Below, in pieces: positions 25,758 through 36,560 of a stretch of DNA of 47,999 nucleotides. The notes beneath the pieces were generated by a model. The model saw only the letters and a list, made by a program, of their open reading frames with translations, did not search any database and was not told the origin of the DNA. Made by a program: the position numbers and the translations under genes. Source of the stretch: an uncultured Clostridia bacterium (GTDB lineage: Bacteria > Bacillota > Clostridia > Christensenellales > UBA1242); the NCBI GenBank assembly GCA_944383975.1, contig CALWRN010000063.1, positions 1 through 47,999 of the forward strand. Direction: 5' to 3'. The first letter of the stretch is position 1. Each line of letters opens with the position of its first letter.

Positions 25758-26708
25758 TTAATCTTCGTCCTTACGAAGAGAAAGTCCATAACTTTCAAGT
25801 TTTGCGATAACCTCATCAATAGATTTAATTCCAAGGTTCTTAACTTTAAGCATATCCCCTCTAGTTTTCTTAGTGAGGTCTTCAACAGTATTGATTCCTG
25901 CTCTCTTTAAGCAGTTGTATGAACGAACAGAAAGATCCATCTCTTCAATAGGAAGTTCCATTAACTTAACTTGTTTGTCTTCTTCTCTAGAAACTAAGAT
26001 ATCAGTATTTGCCATTTGTGCACAAAGTTCAACGAAGAGATTAACATGTTCCATAATAATCTTTCCAGCTAAAGAAACAATTTCTCTTGCTGATGTTGTT
26101 CCGTTTGTTTCTACTTCTAATGTTAATTTATCAAAATTAACGCTTTGTCCTACACGAGTGCTTTCAACATTGAAGTTAACTCTTTTAACAGGTGAGAAAA
26201 GTGAATCCATTGCAATGTAGTCAATATCATCAAATTTTTCTTTATTGATGTTGTTTGGAACATATCCTCTGCCATTTCCAATCATTAAATCTAAATCTAA
26301 TACAGCACCTTCGTCCATTGTACAAATGTGAAGGTCAGGATTTAAAATTTCAACATCAGAATTAGCTTCAAAATCTTTTGCTGTTACTTCGCCCTCACCA
26401 CTTTTTCTTAAATGTAAGTAAGTAACGAAATCACTGCTTGTATTGTGACATTTAACAGCAAGTGTCTTTAAGTTTAATATAATATCAACAACGTCTTCAG
26501 TAACACCTCTGATTGTAGAAAACTCATGAGGAACTCCTGCAATACGAACTGCAATTGGTGCAGAGCCAGGTAAAGATGAAAGAAGAGTTCTTCTCATAGC
26601 ATTACCAAGTGTGATACCATACCCTTTTTCAAGTGGTTCAACCACAAATCTAGCAAATGCACCATTATCTGTTTCTTCACAAGTAATTTTAGGTCTTTCC
26701 ATTTCCAT
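25758..26708 (-). CDS. rpoA: RNA polymerase alpha subunit
   Basis: EPLEKGYGITLGNAMRRTLLSS, HEFSTI.GV.EDV, LSVRSYNCLKRAGI. Confidence 0.98.
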   Translation of the reverse strand: MEMERPKITCEETDNGAFARFVVEPLEKGYGITLGNAMRRTLLSSLPGSAPIAVRIAGVPHEFSTIRGVTEDVVDIILNLKTLAVKCHNTSSDFVTYLHLRKSGEGEVTAKDFEANSDVEILNPDLHICTMDEGAVLDLDLMIGNGRGYVPNNINKEKFDDIDYIAMDSLFSPVKRVNFNVESTRVGQSVNFDKLTLEVETNGTTSAREIVSLAGKIIMEHVNLFVELCAQMANTDILVSREEDKQVKLMELPIEEMDLSVRSYNCLKRAGINTVEDLTKKTRGDMLKVKNLGIKSIDEVIAKLESYGLSLRKDED

Positions 26709-26728
26709 AATAATATTCCTCCGTTATT

Positions 26729-27355
26729 CTATCTTGAATAGAATTCAACTATAAGTTGTTCTTTGATATCGGAATCAATATCTTCTCTCATAGGAAGTGC
26801 TAAAATTTTCCCAGAAAGAGTGTTTGTGTCAAATTCAAGCCATTTAGGCATAACAATTTTGCTTCCTTTTAAATCTTTGAAGAATTCATTGTTTTGCTTG
26901 TTCTCTTTGACTGCAATAACATCACCAACTTTAACACTATAAGAAGGAATATTTACTCTTTTTCCATTTACAGTGATAAGTCCATGGTTTACAATTTGAC
27001 GTGCTTGTTTACGGCTTCTACCGATTCCCATTCTATAAACTACATTGTCAAGTCTTCTTTCAATGCTTATAAGCATTTGTTCACCAGTAGCACCTTCAAC
27101 TTTGCTAGCTTTTTCATAATATTCTCTAAATTGTTTTTCAAGAATACCATACATTCTTTTAACTTTTTGTTTTTCACGTAATTGAGTGCCGTATTCTGAG
27201 AAGGCTACTCTTCTCTTTGAATTGCCATGTTGTCCAGGAATCTCTGGTCTTCTTTCCATAGCACATTTTTTAGTAGTGCATCTTTCACCTTTAAGGAAAA
27301 GTTTGCAACCTTCACGTCTGCATTGACGGCAGTCAGGTTCTATAGTTCTTGCCAT
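26729..27355 (-). CDS. rpsD: 30S ribosomal protein uS4
   Basis: CRQCRREG.KLFLKGERC, QLREKQK, RLDNVVYR. Confidence 0.98.
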   Translation of the reverse strand: MARTIEPDCRQCRREGCKLFLKGERCTTKKCAMERRPEIPGQHGNSKRRVAFSEYGTQLREKQKVKRMYGILEKQFREYYEKASKVEGATGEQMLISIERRLDNVVYRMGIGRSRKQARQIVNHGLITVNGKRVNIPSYSVKVGDVIAVKENKQNNEFFKDLKGSKIVMPKWLEFDTNTLSGKILALPMREDIDSDIKEQLIVEFYSR

Positions 27356-27370
27356 TTAGCCTTTCTCCTT

Positions 27371-27772
27371 TTATACTCTTCTTACTTTAGGAGGTCTGCA
27401 ACCGTTATGAGCGATTGGAGAAACATCCTTAATCATTGTAACATTGATATCACAGTTTTGTATTGAACGAATTGCAAGTTCTCTTCCAGAACCAGGTCCT
27501 TTTACAAATACTTCAACTGTTTTAATTCCATGTTCTTTTGCGACTTTTGCAGCGTCTTCAACACATGATTGAGCAGCGAATGGTGTGCTTTTCTTTGAAC
27601 CTTTAAGTCCAAGTTTTCCTGATGAGCACCAAGAAATAACATTACCATCACAATCAGTAAAACTTACAATAGTGTTGTTGAAAGAAGTCTTAATATGAAC
27701 TTGACCAGCACTTATGTTTTTGCTGACTCTTTTCTTTGTTGTTTTTTTATTTGTTGTTGTTTTTGTTGCCAT
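27371..27772 (-). CDS. rpsK: 30S ribosomal protein uS11
   Basis: [30 protein letters not shown]. Confidence 0.98.
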   Translation of the reverse strand: MATKTTTNKKTTKKRVSKNISAGQVHIKTSFNNTIVSFTDCDGNVISWCSSGKLGLKGSKKSTPFAAQSCVEDAAKVAKEHGIKTVEVFVKGPGSGRELAIRSIQNCDINVTMIKDVSPIAHNGCRPPKVRRV

Positions 27773-27782
27773 TTATCTCTCC

Positions 27783-28160
27783 TTATTTACCTTTCTTAGA
27801 ACTACCAGCGACAACTTTTCTTGGACCTTTTCTAGTTCTTGCATTATTTCTAGTATTTTGTCCTCTTACAGGAAGTCCTTTACGATGACGAACACCACGG
27901 TAGCAACCTATTTCAGTAAGTTTCTTTATATCCATGTCGACTTTTTTACGAAGTTCACCCTCAACAATAAGGTTATGTTCAATATAATTACGAAGTTTAG
28001 CAACTTGGTCATCAGTTAAGTCTTTAACTCTAATATCAGCACTGATTCCTGTTGCTTCACAAATTTTATTAGATGTAACTCTTCCTATACCATAGATATA
28101 AGTAAGTCCGAGTTCCAATCTTTTTTCTCTGGGTAAATCTACACCAGCAATTCTTGCCAT
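27783..28160 (-). CDS. rpsM: 30S ribosomal protein uS13
   Basis: [25 protein letters not shown]. Confidence 0.98.
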   Translation of the reverse strand: MARIAGVDLPREKRLELGLTYIYGIGRVTSNKICEATGISADIRVKDLTDDQVAKLRNYIEHNLIVEGELRKKVDMDIKKLTEIGCYRGVRHRKGLPVRGQNTRNNARTRKGPRKVVAGSSKKGK

Positions 28161-28184
28161 TTAACTATCCTCCAATTTTTAATT

Positions 28185-28301
28185 TTAGCCTTGAACTTGT
28201 TTGTGTTTAGCACTCTTAGAGCAGATGACCATAACTTTACCATCTCTCTTAATAACTTTACACTTATCACAAATTGGCTTAACAGATGCTCTAACTTTCA
28301 T
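28185..28301 (-). CDS. rpmJ: 50S ribosomal protein bL36 (not in ORF track)
   Basis: Hand translation [38 protein letters not shown]; RBS AAGGAG. Confidence 0.97.
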   Translation of the reverse strand: MKVRASVKPICDKCKVIKRDGKVMVICSKSAKHKQVQG

Positions 28302-28313
28302 TTTGTCTCCTTT

Positions 28314-28538
28314 TTAGACGCCCTTTTCTCTCCAAGTGATTCGTCCTTTGGTAAGGTCATAAGGGCTCATTTCAACTTTGACTTTATCTCCTTCTAGAAC
28401 CTTAATATAATTTTTTCTAAGTTTTCCAGAAAGGTAGGTAATGATTTCATGACCATTAGATAGACGAACTCTAAAAGTAGTGTTTGGAAGAACTTCTACA
28501 ACCACTCCTTCAAATTCAATTACATCTTCTTTAGACAT
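28314..28538 (-). CDS. infA: Translation initiation factor IF-1
   Basis: [31 protein letters not shown]. Confidence 0.97.
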   Translation of the reverse strand: MSKEDVIEFEGVVVEVLPNTTFRVRLSNGHEIITYLSGKLRKNYIKVLEGDKVKVEMSPYDLTKGRITWREKGV

Positions 28539-28791
28539 GTTCACTCCTTTTTTTTGATAAAAATTTTCGTATTAAAGCGTTGACTCTTTCGTTTTTATCT
28601 AAAACTTGGTCTTCGCTTAAAGCTTCACTACCATATAATTTGATATGTTTAAAGCTCTTTTTCTTAGGCTTAACGGTTTTAAGCCTTTTACCATCTGATA
28701 AATAAGCGTATTTATCATCAAGTTTGACAATAACGAATAATTGTCCTTTTTCTTTTCCAGCAATAGCCAGCACCACATTACCTATTTTCAT
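28531..28791 (-). CDS. KOW-domain (L14e-like) RNA-binding protein
   Basis: G.VV...AGKEKG, DGK.LK..KPKKK..KH; usual position between map and infA. Confidence 0.85.
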   Translation of the reverse strand: MKIGNVVLAIAGKEKGQLFVIVKLDDKYAYLSDGKRLKTVKPKKKSFKHIKLYGSEALSEDQVLDKNERVNALIRKFLSKKRSEHV

Positions 28792-28802
28792 AGTTTCCTC
28801 TT

Positions 28803-29546
28803 TTATAAGGTTAAAATTTCTATTCCGTTTTTTGTAACATGAACAGTATTTTCATAATGTGCTGAAGGCTTGCCATCTCTAGTAACAACTCCCCAGCCAT
28901 CTTCTATAAGCCAAACCTCTTTTCTTCCCATGTTAATCATAGGTTCAATAGCAAGGCAGGCATTATCTGTTACGATTGGTCCGTCAGTAACTTTTCCATA
29001 ATTTGGAACATTAGGTGGTTCATGCATCTTCTTTCCTATGCCATGACCAACAAGTTCTCGGACAACCGAATAACCATTTTTTTCGGCATATTTTTGAATA
29101 GCGTTAGAAAGTTCACCTAATCTATGACCGACTTGTAAGTGCTTGATACCTTCAAAAAAGCATTGTTTAGTAACTTCAATAAGTCTTGCTTTTTCTTCAG
29201 AAATCTTGCCAACAGGGAATGTTCTTGCAGCATCACCATTATAGCCTTTATAATTTACTACAAGGTCAACACTGATTATATCCCCTTCTTTTAAAATACA
29301 ATCGTAACTTGGTATTCCATGAACAACCATGTCATTCACAGATGCACATATTGTTGCAGGAAATCCCTCATAGCCTTTGCAGGCAGGGATAGCACCACTA
29401 TCAATTATAAACTTTTCAACCAAAATGTCAAGTTCTTTCGTTGAAATCCCCGGTTTAATAAGGGTTTCACAATAGTTTAAAGCATCACGAGTAATTTCGC
29501 ATGCTTTTTTAACTAAAACAATTTCAGCAGGAGTTAAATTATTCAA
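28803..29546 (-). CDS. map: Methionine aminopeptidase type I
   Basis: SVNDMVVHGIP, GDAART, GHGIG..MHEPP, AIEPM, SAHYENT; TTG start. Confidence 0.97.
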   Translation of the reverse strand: MNNLTPAEIVLVKKACEITRDALNYCETLIKPGISTKELDILVEKFIIDSGAIPACKGYEGFPATICASVNDMVVHGIPSYDCILKEGDIISVDLVVNYKGYNGDAARTFPVGKISEEKARLIEVTKQCFFEGIKHLQVGHRLGELSNAIQKYAEKNGYSVVRELVGHGIGKKMHEPPNVPNYGKVTDGPIVTDNACLAIEPMINMGRKEVWLIEDGWGVVTRDGKPSAHYENTVHVTKNGIEILTL

Positions 29547-30172
29547 TTTTTCGCCTCCAAATTTTTTAGAAAAGTTTTTACTATTTCAAAAGTTTCTTCT
29601 GGTTTTCCATCATTTGAAACTTTAAATAGTTTATCACTGTAGAAGTTTATGAGTGGTGCAGTATTCTCATCATAAACTTCCAGACGATGTCTTATAGTAT
29701 CAGGTTTATCGTCATCGCGCTGAATGAGTTTTGTGGAACATTTACTGCAAATTTCATCTTTATTATCAAATATGCTATAAATTTCTCCACAGTTTGGACA
29801 AGTTCTTCTTGCTGATAGTCTGTTTATAATTGTCTCTTTAGAAAGTTCAACAAGAATAACAGTGTCTATTGAAGATATATTTTGAAGTGCTTTTGCTTGA
29901 GCAATTGTTCTAGGAAATCCATCAAGAATAAATCCTTTTTGGCAATCAGGTTTGTTTATTCTCTCTTTAACAATTTCTACGGTTACTTCATCTGGCACTA
30001 AAGCACCACTTTCCATAATTTGTTTTACCTTTCTTGCAAGAGGAGTATTTTCTTTAACTATGGCTCTAAATAAATCTCCAGTTGAAATTTGAGGTAAGTC
30101 AAACTCTGATGTGATTTTTTTTGCTAAAGTTCCTTTTCCACTACCTGGTGCACCTAAAAGAATTATTTTCAT
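29543..30172 (-). CDS. adk: Adenylate kinase
   Basis: GAPGSGKGT, STGDLFR, LDGFPRT, Zn lid CPNC..CSKC, QRDDD. Confidence 0.97.
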   Translation of the reverse strand: MKIILLGAPGSGKGTLAKKITSEFDLPQISTGDLFRAIVKENTPLARKVKQIMESGALVPDEVTVEIVKERINKPDCQKGFILDGFPRTIAQAKALQNISSIDTVILVELSKETIINRLSARRTCPNCGEIYSIFDNKDEICSKCSTKLIQRDDDKPDTIRHRLEVYDENTAPLINFYSDKLFKVSNDGKPEETFEIVKTFLKNLEAKN

Positions 30173-30358
30173 AAAATCTCCTTTAAATATACCTTCAATT
30201 TTGTGCTTAATGAATTTTATTTTTATAAATTCTGCAGTAATTTATTAAAAATATTTCATCAAACACTACTCTTTCAATAGGGAATTTCTTCCCTATTGCT
30301 AAAGCCTGTGTTATTTTAAATCTAAATTAATAGATGTTTTCTGAATTATTTTTCCTTA

Positions 30359-31645
30359 TCAACTCAAAAATCCCTTGTGATTTCTCACAAACATTTGAGC
30401 AGAAAGTTGTTTTTCAAGTTCTAGAGCAACTGAAACAACAATCATAAGTCCTGTAGCACTAAATGCGTTGATTAATATTGATGCCCCTGAAACATCTCCA
30501 ATTGCTTTGAATGCAAGTGAAGGAATAAGTGCAATAACTGCTAAGAAGATTGCACCAAATAATGTAACTCTATTTGAAATTTTTCCTAAATATTCAGCAG
30601 TTGGTTTTCCTGCACGAATTCCAGGAATAAATCCTCCTTGTTGTTGAATTCTTTTACTTACATCATCAGGATTGAATGATATCTTTGAATAGAAGAATGC
30701 AAATACAAGAATTAAAAGTGCTGTAAGCACAATATAGAGCCATGAGTTTGTTCCAAGCCAATCACTATACCAAGTAACATCTGGCCAGAAGACAGAGATT
30801 ATAAGTTGTGGGAATGTAATAAGTGCACTGGCGAATATGATAGGCATAACTCCAGTTGCATTTATTCTTATAGGAATATAATTGCTCTGACCTCCATATA
30901 CTTTTCTTCCTTTTATTTGTTTTGCATATTGAACTTGAACTCTTCTTTCACCACCATCCATAAAGACAATGAGAGCGAAGATTGCAACAACAGCAACAAT
31001 AAATAATACTAAATACCAAATATATGTTATGTCAACTGTGCAGTATTCTATAATTGCAGAAATGCTTGTTCCTGCAGAAGAAAGAATACCAACGAAGATA
31101 AGTAAACTTGTTCCATTTCCTATTCCAAGGTCTGTAATTCTCTCTCCAATCCAAACAGTAAACATTGCACCAGCAACCATTGTTATAACAACACCACAAC
31201 CTACAAGCCAAACAGGAATTCCTGAAAGGTTTGCATCAATGCTTGATGAATAAGCTACAACAATACCAACTGCTTGAGCAATTGCTAAAACGAGTGCCGC
31301 AATACGAGTGTATAATTGAATTTTTCTTCTTCCATCTTCACCACTTTTTGACAATCTTTCAAGAGAAGGAATTGCAACAGTGAGAAGCTGTATAACGATG
31401 GAAGCAGTGATGTAAGGTGAAACACCCAGTGCAAGAACTGAACAGTTTTGCAATGCACCACCACTGACCATATTCATTAGTTCAAAGAAACCAAACCCTG
31501 TGCTGTTTGCGAATATAGCATCAGTTGAGAAACCTACGCAAGGAATCCAGCAACCAACTCTATAAACGAATAGCAAAAGAAGGGTTATTAAAATTTTGTT
31601 TCTTATTTCTTTCACTTTAAATGCGTCAATAATCGTTCTAAACAT
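30359..31645 (-). CDS. secY: Preprotein translocase SecY
   Basis: ALGVSPYITASI, GIGNGTSLLIF, GVMPIIFAS, FIPGIRAG. Confidence 0.98.
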   Translation of the reverse strand: MFRTIIDAFKVKEIRNKILITLLLLFVYRVGCWIPCVGFSTDAIFANSTGFGFFELMNMVSGGALQNCSVLALGVSPYITASIVIQLLTVAIPSLERLSKSGEDGRRKIQLYTRIAALVLAIAQAVGIVVAYSSSIDANLSGIPVWLVGCGVVITMVAGAMFTVWIGERITDLGIGNGTSLLIFVGILSSAGTSISAIIEYCTVDITYIWYLVLFIVAVVAIFALIVFMDGGERRVQVQYAKQIKGRKVYGGQSNYIPIRINATGVMPIIFASALITFPQLIISVFWPDVTWYSDWLGTNSWLYIVLTALLILVFAFFYSKISFNPDDVSKRIQQQGGFIPGIRAGKPTAEYLGKISNRVTLFGAIFLAVIALIPSLAFKAIGDVSGASILINAFSATGLMIVVSVALELEKQLSAQMFVRNHKGFLS

Positions 31646-32091
31646 TATAACTCCTCTACTTTACCGCCAACTTTTTCAATTTTTTCTCTAGCTTGTTTTG
31701 TGATTTTATTACACTTAACAGTTATAGGTTTTGTGATTTCTCCATTTCCTAAAACCTTAAGTCCATATTCAGAACGTTTGCCAATAAATCTTGTTTCATA
31801 AAGAAGTTCTTGATCAACAACTGCGTTTGCTTCAAAAGCTTCTAAATCTCCAACATTTACACATGCATATCTTTTTGCAAAGTTTTTATTGTTAAATCCA
31901 CGAATTGGGACTTTTCTGATCATTGGGATATTTCCACCCTCAAATCCAGGTCTTACTCCACCACCACTACGAGCATTTTGACCTTTGTGGCCTTTTCCAC
32001 TAGTTTTACCTATTCCACTGCCAATACCTCTACCAACTCTAACTTTTTTAGTTGTAGCACCTTGAGCAGGTTTCATGTTTTCAAGTTTCAT
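31645..32091 (-). CDS. rplO: 50S ribosomal protein uL15
   Basis: RVGRGIGSG.GKTSGKGHKGQ, GFEGG. Confidence 0.98.
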   Translation of the reverse strand: MKLENMKPAQGATTKKVRVGRGIGSGIGKTSGKGHKGQNARSGGGVRPGFEGGNIPMIRKVPIRGFNNKNFAKRYACVNVGDLEAFEANAVVDQELLYETRFIGKRSEYGLKVLGNGEITKPITVKCNKITKQAREKIEKVGGKVEEL

Positions 32092-32101
32092 GTCGGCCTC
32101 C

Positions 32102-32296
32102 TTATTTTACTTCTTCTACTTTTACAAGATGAGCCACGTGGTGAAGGCTTCCTCTTATAGATTCATTATCTGGGAGAATCTTTGATTGGTTAAGTTTTTT
32201 AAGTCCAAGAGCTTCAATAATCTTTGCTTGTTTTGCGTTATAACCAATGCAACTTCTAACCCATGTAACTTTAAGCATTTTTTCTTTATTTGCCAT
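32102..32296 (-). CDS. rpmD: 50S ribosomal protein uL30
   Basis: VRSCIG, ALGLKK, IRG...V.HLV; synteny. Confidence 0.95.
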   Translation of the reverse strand: MANKEKMLKVTWVRSCIGYNAKQAKIIEALGLKKLNQSKILPDNESIRGSLHHVAHLVKVEEVK

Positions 32297-32307
32297 GTCG
32301 TCCTCCC

Positions 32308-32904
32308 TTAGATTTCCTCTACGCTTTTGCCACGACGTCTAGCAATTTCTTCTTTTGTCTTAAGACTAAGAAGACCAGCCATTGTAGCTTTTACGCAGTT
32401 AATTTTATTTGAAGAACCATGAGTTTTTGTAACAATATTTTTAATTCCTGCAAGTTCAATAACTGCACGTGCAGAACCACCAGCGATAACACCAGTACCT
32501 TCTTTAGCAGGCAATAATAAAATTTTTGTTGCTGAGAATTTACCAATATTTTCATGTGGGATTGTTCCGTTAACGATAGGAACAACTTTAACATTTCTTT
32601 TAGCGATAGTTGTTGCTTTTTCAATTGCAGAGCTTACGTCTTTGCTCTTACCGATTCCAAGACCAACTCTACCCTTTCCATCACCAACTACAACAAGAGC
32701 TGAGAAACGAAGAGTTCTTCCACCTTTAACAACCTTTGTTACACGTCTTACAGAAACTACACGCTTATCAAATTCGCTTGCTTCTTTCTTTGGAGCTCTT
32801 TCTTTTCTTTCACCTTTAACTTTAGAAGAGAAGTTTTTCTTTCCTTTAGGTGCTGTATTTTCAGAAGCAGTATTTTCTACAGTGATTTGTTCGTTTTCTG
32901 CCAT
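32308..32904 (-). CDS. rpsE: 30S ribosomal protein uS5 with N-terminal extension
   Basis: [18 protein letters not shown]. Confidence 0.98.
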   Translation of the reverse strand: MAENEQITVENTASENTAPKGKKNFSSKVKGERKERAPKKEASEFDKRVVSVRRVTKVVKGGRTLRFSALVVVGDGKGRVGLGIGKSKDVSSAIEKATTIAKRNVKVVPIVNGTIPHENIGKFSATKILLLPAKEGTGVIAGGSARAVIELAGIKNIVTKTHGSSNKINCVKATMAGLLSLKTKEEIARRRGKSVEEI

Positions 32905-32913
32905 GATTTCCTC

Positions 32914-33282
32914 CTAAAATTTAAGTCCAGCTTCTCTGGCTCCATCAGCCAAAGCCTGAACACGACCGATATAGATATATCCACCTCTGTCAAATACAAC
33001 TTCAGTTATATTCTTTTCAAGAGCACGTTTAGCGATTGTTTCACCAACAAGTTTAGCTTGTTCAGATTTGCTCTTTCCATTGAGTTGTCCTTTAACATCA
33101 CTGTCTAATGTAGAACAAGATACAAGAGTTACCCCTTTTACGTCATCAATGATTTGAGCATAAATTTGACTTAAACTTCTGTAAACTGAAAGACGAGGTC
33201 TTTCACTTGTTCCAGAAACCTTTGTTCTAACTCTTTTATGACGAACAAGTCTTTCTTTATTTTTATCACTTTTGTTAATCAT
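32914..33282 (-). CDS. rplR: 50S ribosomal protein uL18
   Basis: [22 protein letters not shown]. Confidence 0.98.
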   Translation of the reverse strand: MINKSDKNKERLVRHKRVRTKVSGTSERPRLSVYRSLSQIYAQIIDDVKGVTLVSCSTLDSDVKGQLNGKSKSEQAKLVGETIAKRALEKNITEVVFDRGGYIYIGRVQALADGAREAGLKF

Positions 33283-33293
33283 CTGAGTATCTC

Positions 33294-33842
33294 CTATTTC
33301 TTGCCTTTACCGGCTGCTTTTCCGACTTTTCTAATAACTACTTGGTCAGCATATCTTACACCATAACCATGATATGGTTCAACTGGTCTGATATCTTTAA
33401 TATTTGAAGCAAACTGACCAACTTTTTGTCTATCAATTCCAGATACAACAATATCTGTAGCTGTTGGACAAGTAACTTGAATATCACTTGGAATTTCAAC
33501 TTCAACTTGGTGAGAGAATCCTAAGTTCATAACAAGTTTATTTCCACTAACACTGGCTTTGTAACCTACACCAGAAATTTGTAATGCTTTTTTAAAGCCA
33601 TCATGAACACCAACAACCATATTGTGTGCAAGTGCTCTATAAAGTCCATGTTTAGCATTTGATGATGGAGTTTCTTTTGCGATTTCAAAAGAAATGTTTT
33701 GCCCATCAACATTAACTTTGATAACAGCATCAACATTTTGAGTTAAAGTTCCTTTAGGTCCACTAACTGTAAGAACGCCATTTTCAAATTTAGCAGTTAC
33801 GCCAGCAGGCATAACAATTAATTCTTTACCTATTCTAGACAT
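33294..33842 (-). CDS. rplF: 50S ribosomal protein uL6
   Basis: MSRIGK, GVGYKA, LGFSH, EPY.G.GVRY. Confidence 0.98.
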   Translation of the reverse strand: MSRIGKELIVMPAGVTAKFENGVLTVSGPKGTLTQNVDAVIKVNVDGQNISFEIAKETPSSNAKHGLYRALAHNMVVGVHDGFKKALQISGVGYKASVSGNKLVMNLGFSHQVEVEIPSDIQVTCPTATDIVVSGIDRQKVGQFASNIKDIRPVEPYHGYGVRYADQVVIRKVGKAAGKGKK

Positions 33843-33851
33843 GTTTCCTCC

Positions 33852-34250
33852 TTACCATACATAAGCGAGAACTTCGCCCCCTACACCAAGTTTTCTTGCT
33901 TCTTTATCAGTAACAATACCCTTGTTTGTAGAGATAATAGCGATTCCAAGTCCGCTTATAACTTTTGGAAGTTTATCTTTTTGTGCGTAAATACGAAGAC
34001 CAGGTTTAGAAATTCTTTTAAGTCCTTGTATAACGCTGTCGCCAGTTTCGTCATACTTTAAAGTAATAACGATATTCTTGTGATTGCCATCACTTGTTTC
34101 TTCATAAGATGCGATATAACCTTCGTCAAGAAGGATTTTAGCGATAGCTCTTTTTTCGTTTGATGCAGGAACACTTACATTGTCATGCTTAACTTGAAGT
34201 GCATTACGAATTCTTGTAAGCATATCTGCGATTGGATCTGTAACTAACAT
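33852..34250 (-). CDS. rpsH: 30S ribosomal protein uS8
   Basis: [30 protein letters not shown]. Confidence 0.98.
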   Translation of the reverse strand: MLVTDPIADMLTRIRNALQVKHDNVSVPASNEKRAIAKILLDEGYIASYEETSDGNHKNIVITLKYDETGDSVIQGLKRISKPGLRIYAQKDKLPKVISGLGIAIISTNKGIVTDKEARKLGVGGEVLAYVW

Positions 34251-34266
34251 TATTCTTCCTCCTTAA

Positions 34267-34452
34267 TTACCAGCTTGACTTTCTAACACCAGGAATTTCA
34301 CCTTTGTTAGCAAGTTCACGGAAGCAAACTCTGCAAATTCCATATTTTTTAAGAACTGCGTGAGGTCTTCCACATAATGAGCATCTTGTATACTCGCGAG
34401 TTTTATACTTTTGTGTTCTTTTTTGTTTTTCAACTAATGCTTTTCTTGCCAT
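34267..34452 (-). CDS. rpsZ: 30S ribosomal protein uS14, Zn-binding type Z
   Basis: [26 protein letters not shown]. Confidence 0.97.
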   Translation of the reverse strand: MARKALVEKQKRTQKYKTREYTRCSLCGRPHAVLKKYGICRVCFRELANKGEIPGVRKSSW

Positions 34453-34463
34453 AACTTTAACTC

Positions 34464-35015
34464 CTATTTAGCAAAAGGCAATCCGAGTGCCTTAAGTAAA
34501 GCTTTTGCTTCTTCGTTGGTCTTAGCGGTAGTTACAAAAGTAATATCAAAACCTCTAATTTTTTCGACTTTTTCATATACGATTTCTGGGAAAATAAGTT
34601 GTTCTTTTATTCCCATAGAATAATTTCCTTTGCCATCAAATGACTTATCAGAAATTCCTCTAAAGTCTCTCACTTTTGGAAGAGCGATTGCTGTAAGTCT
34701 ATCAAAGAATTCATACATTCTTTCTCCTCTAAGTGTAACTTTAGCACCAATTTTTTGTCCTTCTCTTAAACCGAAGTTTGAAATTGATTTCTTTGCTGTT
34801 GTAACAACAGGCTTTTGTCCTGAAATAACAGCAAGTTCTTCAACAGCGATATTAAAACTTTTTGAATTTCCTTTAACTTCGCCAAGTCCCATGTTAAGAA
34901 CAATTTTAACAAGTTTTGGAACTTCATTTACATTTTTATATCCAAATTCTTTAATAAGAGCAGGAACAACTTCTTTTTTATATTTTTCTAAAATTCTATT
35001 TTGTTCTTTAGCCAT
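34464..35015 (-). CDS. rplE: 50S ribosomal protein uL5
   Basis: [27 protein letters not shown]. Confidence 0.98.
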   Translation of the reverse strand: MAKEQNRILEKYKKEVVPALIKEFGYKNVNEVPKLVKIVLNMGLGEVKGNSKSFNIAVEELAVISGQKPVVTTAKKSISNFGLREGQKIGAKVTLRGERMYEFFDRLTAIALPKVRDFRGISDKSFDGKGNYSMGIKEQLIFPEIVYEKVEKIRGFDITFVTTAKTNEEAKALLKALGLPFAK

Positions 35016-35024
35016 TATTTACTC

Positions 35025-35696
35025 CTATTTAGTTTCCTTTTTTGCTGTCGACTTTTTTGCTGTTGTTTTCTTTTCTGCTGAAGCAGCTGTTTTTGCTTCT
35101 GCAGTCTTTTTAGTAGTTGTTTTCTTTGGTTCAGCCTTAGCTTCGCCTTCTACTTTTTTAGTAGTTGTTGTTTTTTTAGTTGTTGTTTTTGTTTCTGCAG
35201 ATTTCTTTGCAGTTGTTGAAGAAGTTTTCTTTGCAGTTGTTTTTGCTGAAGCTTTAGCTTCTTTTACTTCTTCTTTCTTTTCTTCAACTTTTTCAGTGCC
35301 AGCAACTTTTAATTTTGCATTCTTAAGTTCTGACGCTTTGATTGTCTTCTTTGCTTCTTTCTTTGTTTGTTTTACAAACTCTTTATCTAAAGATGCACCA
35401 CATTTTTTGCAAGTACGAACTTTCTTTCCGTCTATTTCACTGTGTGCAACTCTTGTTGCTTTTCCACAAACTGGACAAACAACGAGAACATTTGAAGCAT
35501 CAATTGGAGCAGGTCTTTTGAAGATTCCGCCCTTATCTTGTTGAGACTTTGGTTTTTGGTGCTTAGAAACAATGTTAACATTTTCAACAAGCACTTTATT
35601 TGTATCTGCATAAACAGCAGTTACTTTTCCACTTTTACCTTTATCTTTACCAGCAATAACTAAAACGTTATCACCTGTTTTAACTGTCATCTTCAT
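35025..35696 (-). CDS. rplX: 50S ribosomal protein uL24 with 118-aa K/T/A/E-rich C-terminal tail
   Basis: GDNV.VIAGKDKGK.G, APID.SNV; core ends near residue 105. Confidence 0.96.
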   Translation of the reverse strand: MKMTVKTGDNVLVIAGKDKGKSGKVTAVYADTNKVLVENVNIVSKHQKPKSQQDKGGIFKRPAPIDASNVLVVCPVCGKATRVAHSEIDGKKVRTCKKCGASLDKEFVKQTKKEAKKTIKASELKNAKLKVAGTEKVEEKKEEVKEAKASAKTTAKKTSSTTAKKSAETKTTTKKTTTTKKVEGEAKAEPKKTTTKKTAEAKTAASAEKKTTAKKSTAKKETK

Positions 35697-35708
35697 GGTA
35701 TGCTCCTT

Positions 35709-36077
35709 TTATATAACGTCTGGTGCAAGAGATATTATCTTCATATATCCCTTATCACGAAGCTCTCTAGCAATAGGTCCAAAAACACGAGTTCCTTTTG
35801 GTTGTTTTTGATTATCAATAATAACAGCTGCATTATCATCAAATCTGATATGAGAACCATCAGGTCTTCTTAAACCTTTTGAAGAACGAACAATAACAGC
35901 TTTAACAACATCACCTTTCTTAACAGTTCCACCAGGAATGGCTTTTTTAACAGAGGCAACAATAACGTCACCAATGTTTCCACTTCTTCTAAATGAACCA
36001 CCAAGAACTCTGATACACATAATCTCTTTTGCGCCTGTGTTATCTGCAACTTTTAATCTTGTTTGTGGTTGAATCAT
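35709..36077 (-). CDS. rplN: 50S ribosomal protein uL14
   Basis: [31 protein letters not shown]. Confidence 0.98.
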   Translation of the reverse strand: MIQPQTRLKVADNTGAKEIMCIRVLGGSFRRSGNIGDVIVASVKKAIPGGTVKKGDVVKAVIVRSSKGLRRPDGSHIRFDDNAAVIIDNQKQPKGTRVFGPIARELRDKGYMKIISLAPDVI

Positions 36078-36091
36078 ATTCGTTCCTCCTA

Positions 36092-36355
36092 TTACTTAGC
36101 TTTTTCAATGATTTCTACAACTCTGAAATACTTGTCTTTACTAAGTGGACGAGTTTCCATTATGCGAACTGTATCTCCAATTCCGCATTCATTGTTTTCA
36201 TCATGAACTTTGAAAGTTTTCGACTTTTGAACAACTTTTTTATAGATTGGGCTTTTAACTCTGGAAACGATTTTAACTACAACAGTTTTATCCATTTTAC
36301 CAGCGCTAACAACTTCGCCAATACGAGTAATTCTTGCATTTCTACTTGTTTCCAT
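36092..36355 (-). CDS. rpsQ: 30S ribosomal protein uS17
   Basis: [21 protein letters not shown]. Confidence 0.98.
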   Translation of the reverse strand: METSRNARITRIGEVVSAGKMDKTVVVKIVSRVKSPIYKKVVQKSKTFKVHDENNECGIGDTVRIMETRPLSKDKYFRVVEIIEKAK

Positions 36356-36560
36356 CGTTGCCTCCCTTTTCTTCTAATTCTTTTTCTCTTAAGACTGTTT
36401 TAACTCTTGCTATATCCTTTTTAACATTATGAATTGCCATAGGGTTTGCAAGAGAACGAGTAGCGTGAGAGAAACGGAGATTAAATAATTCACTATTAAG
36501 TTCTTTAAGTTTTGCATTTAATTCAGCAACAGATAGATATTTAATTTCATTAGTTTTCAT
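36342..36560 (-). CDS. rpmC: 50S ribosomal protein uL29
   Basis: [17 protein letters not shown]. Confidence 0.97.
   Translation of the reverse strand: MKTNEIKYLSVAELNAKLKELNSELFNLRFSHATRSLANPMAIHNVKKDIARVKTVLREKELEEKGGNDGNK

Noticed and set aside
34630-35544. 304-aa plus-strand ORF
   Set aside because: Antisense mirror of rplE/rplX; its F/V/A-rich composition is the complement of the Lys/Thr/Ala codons.
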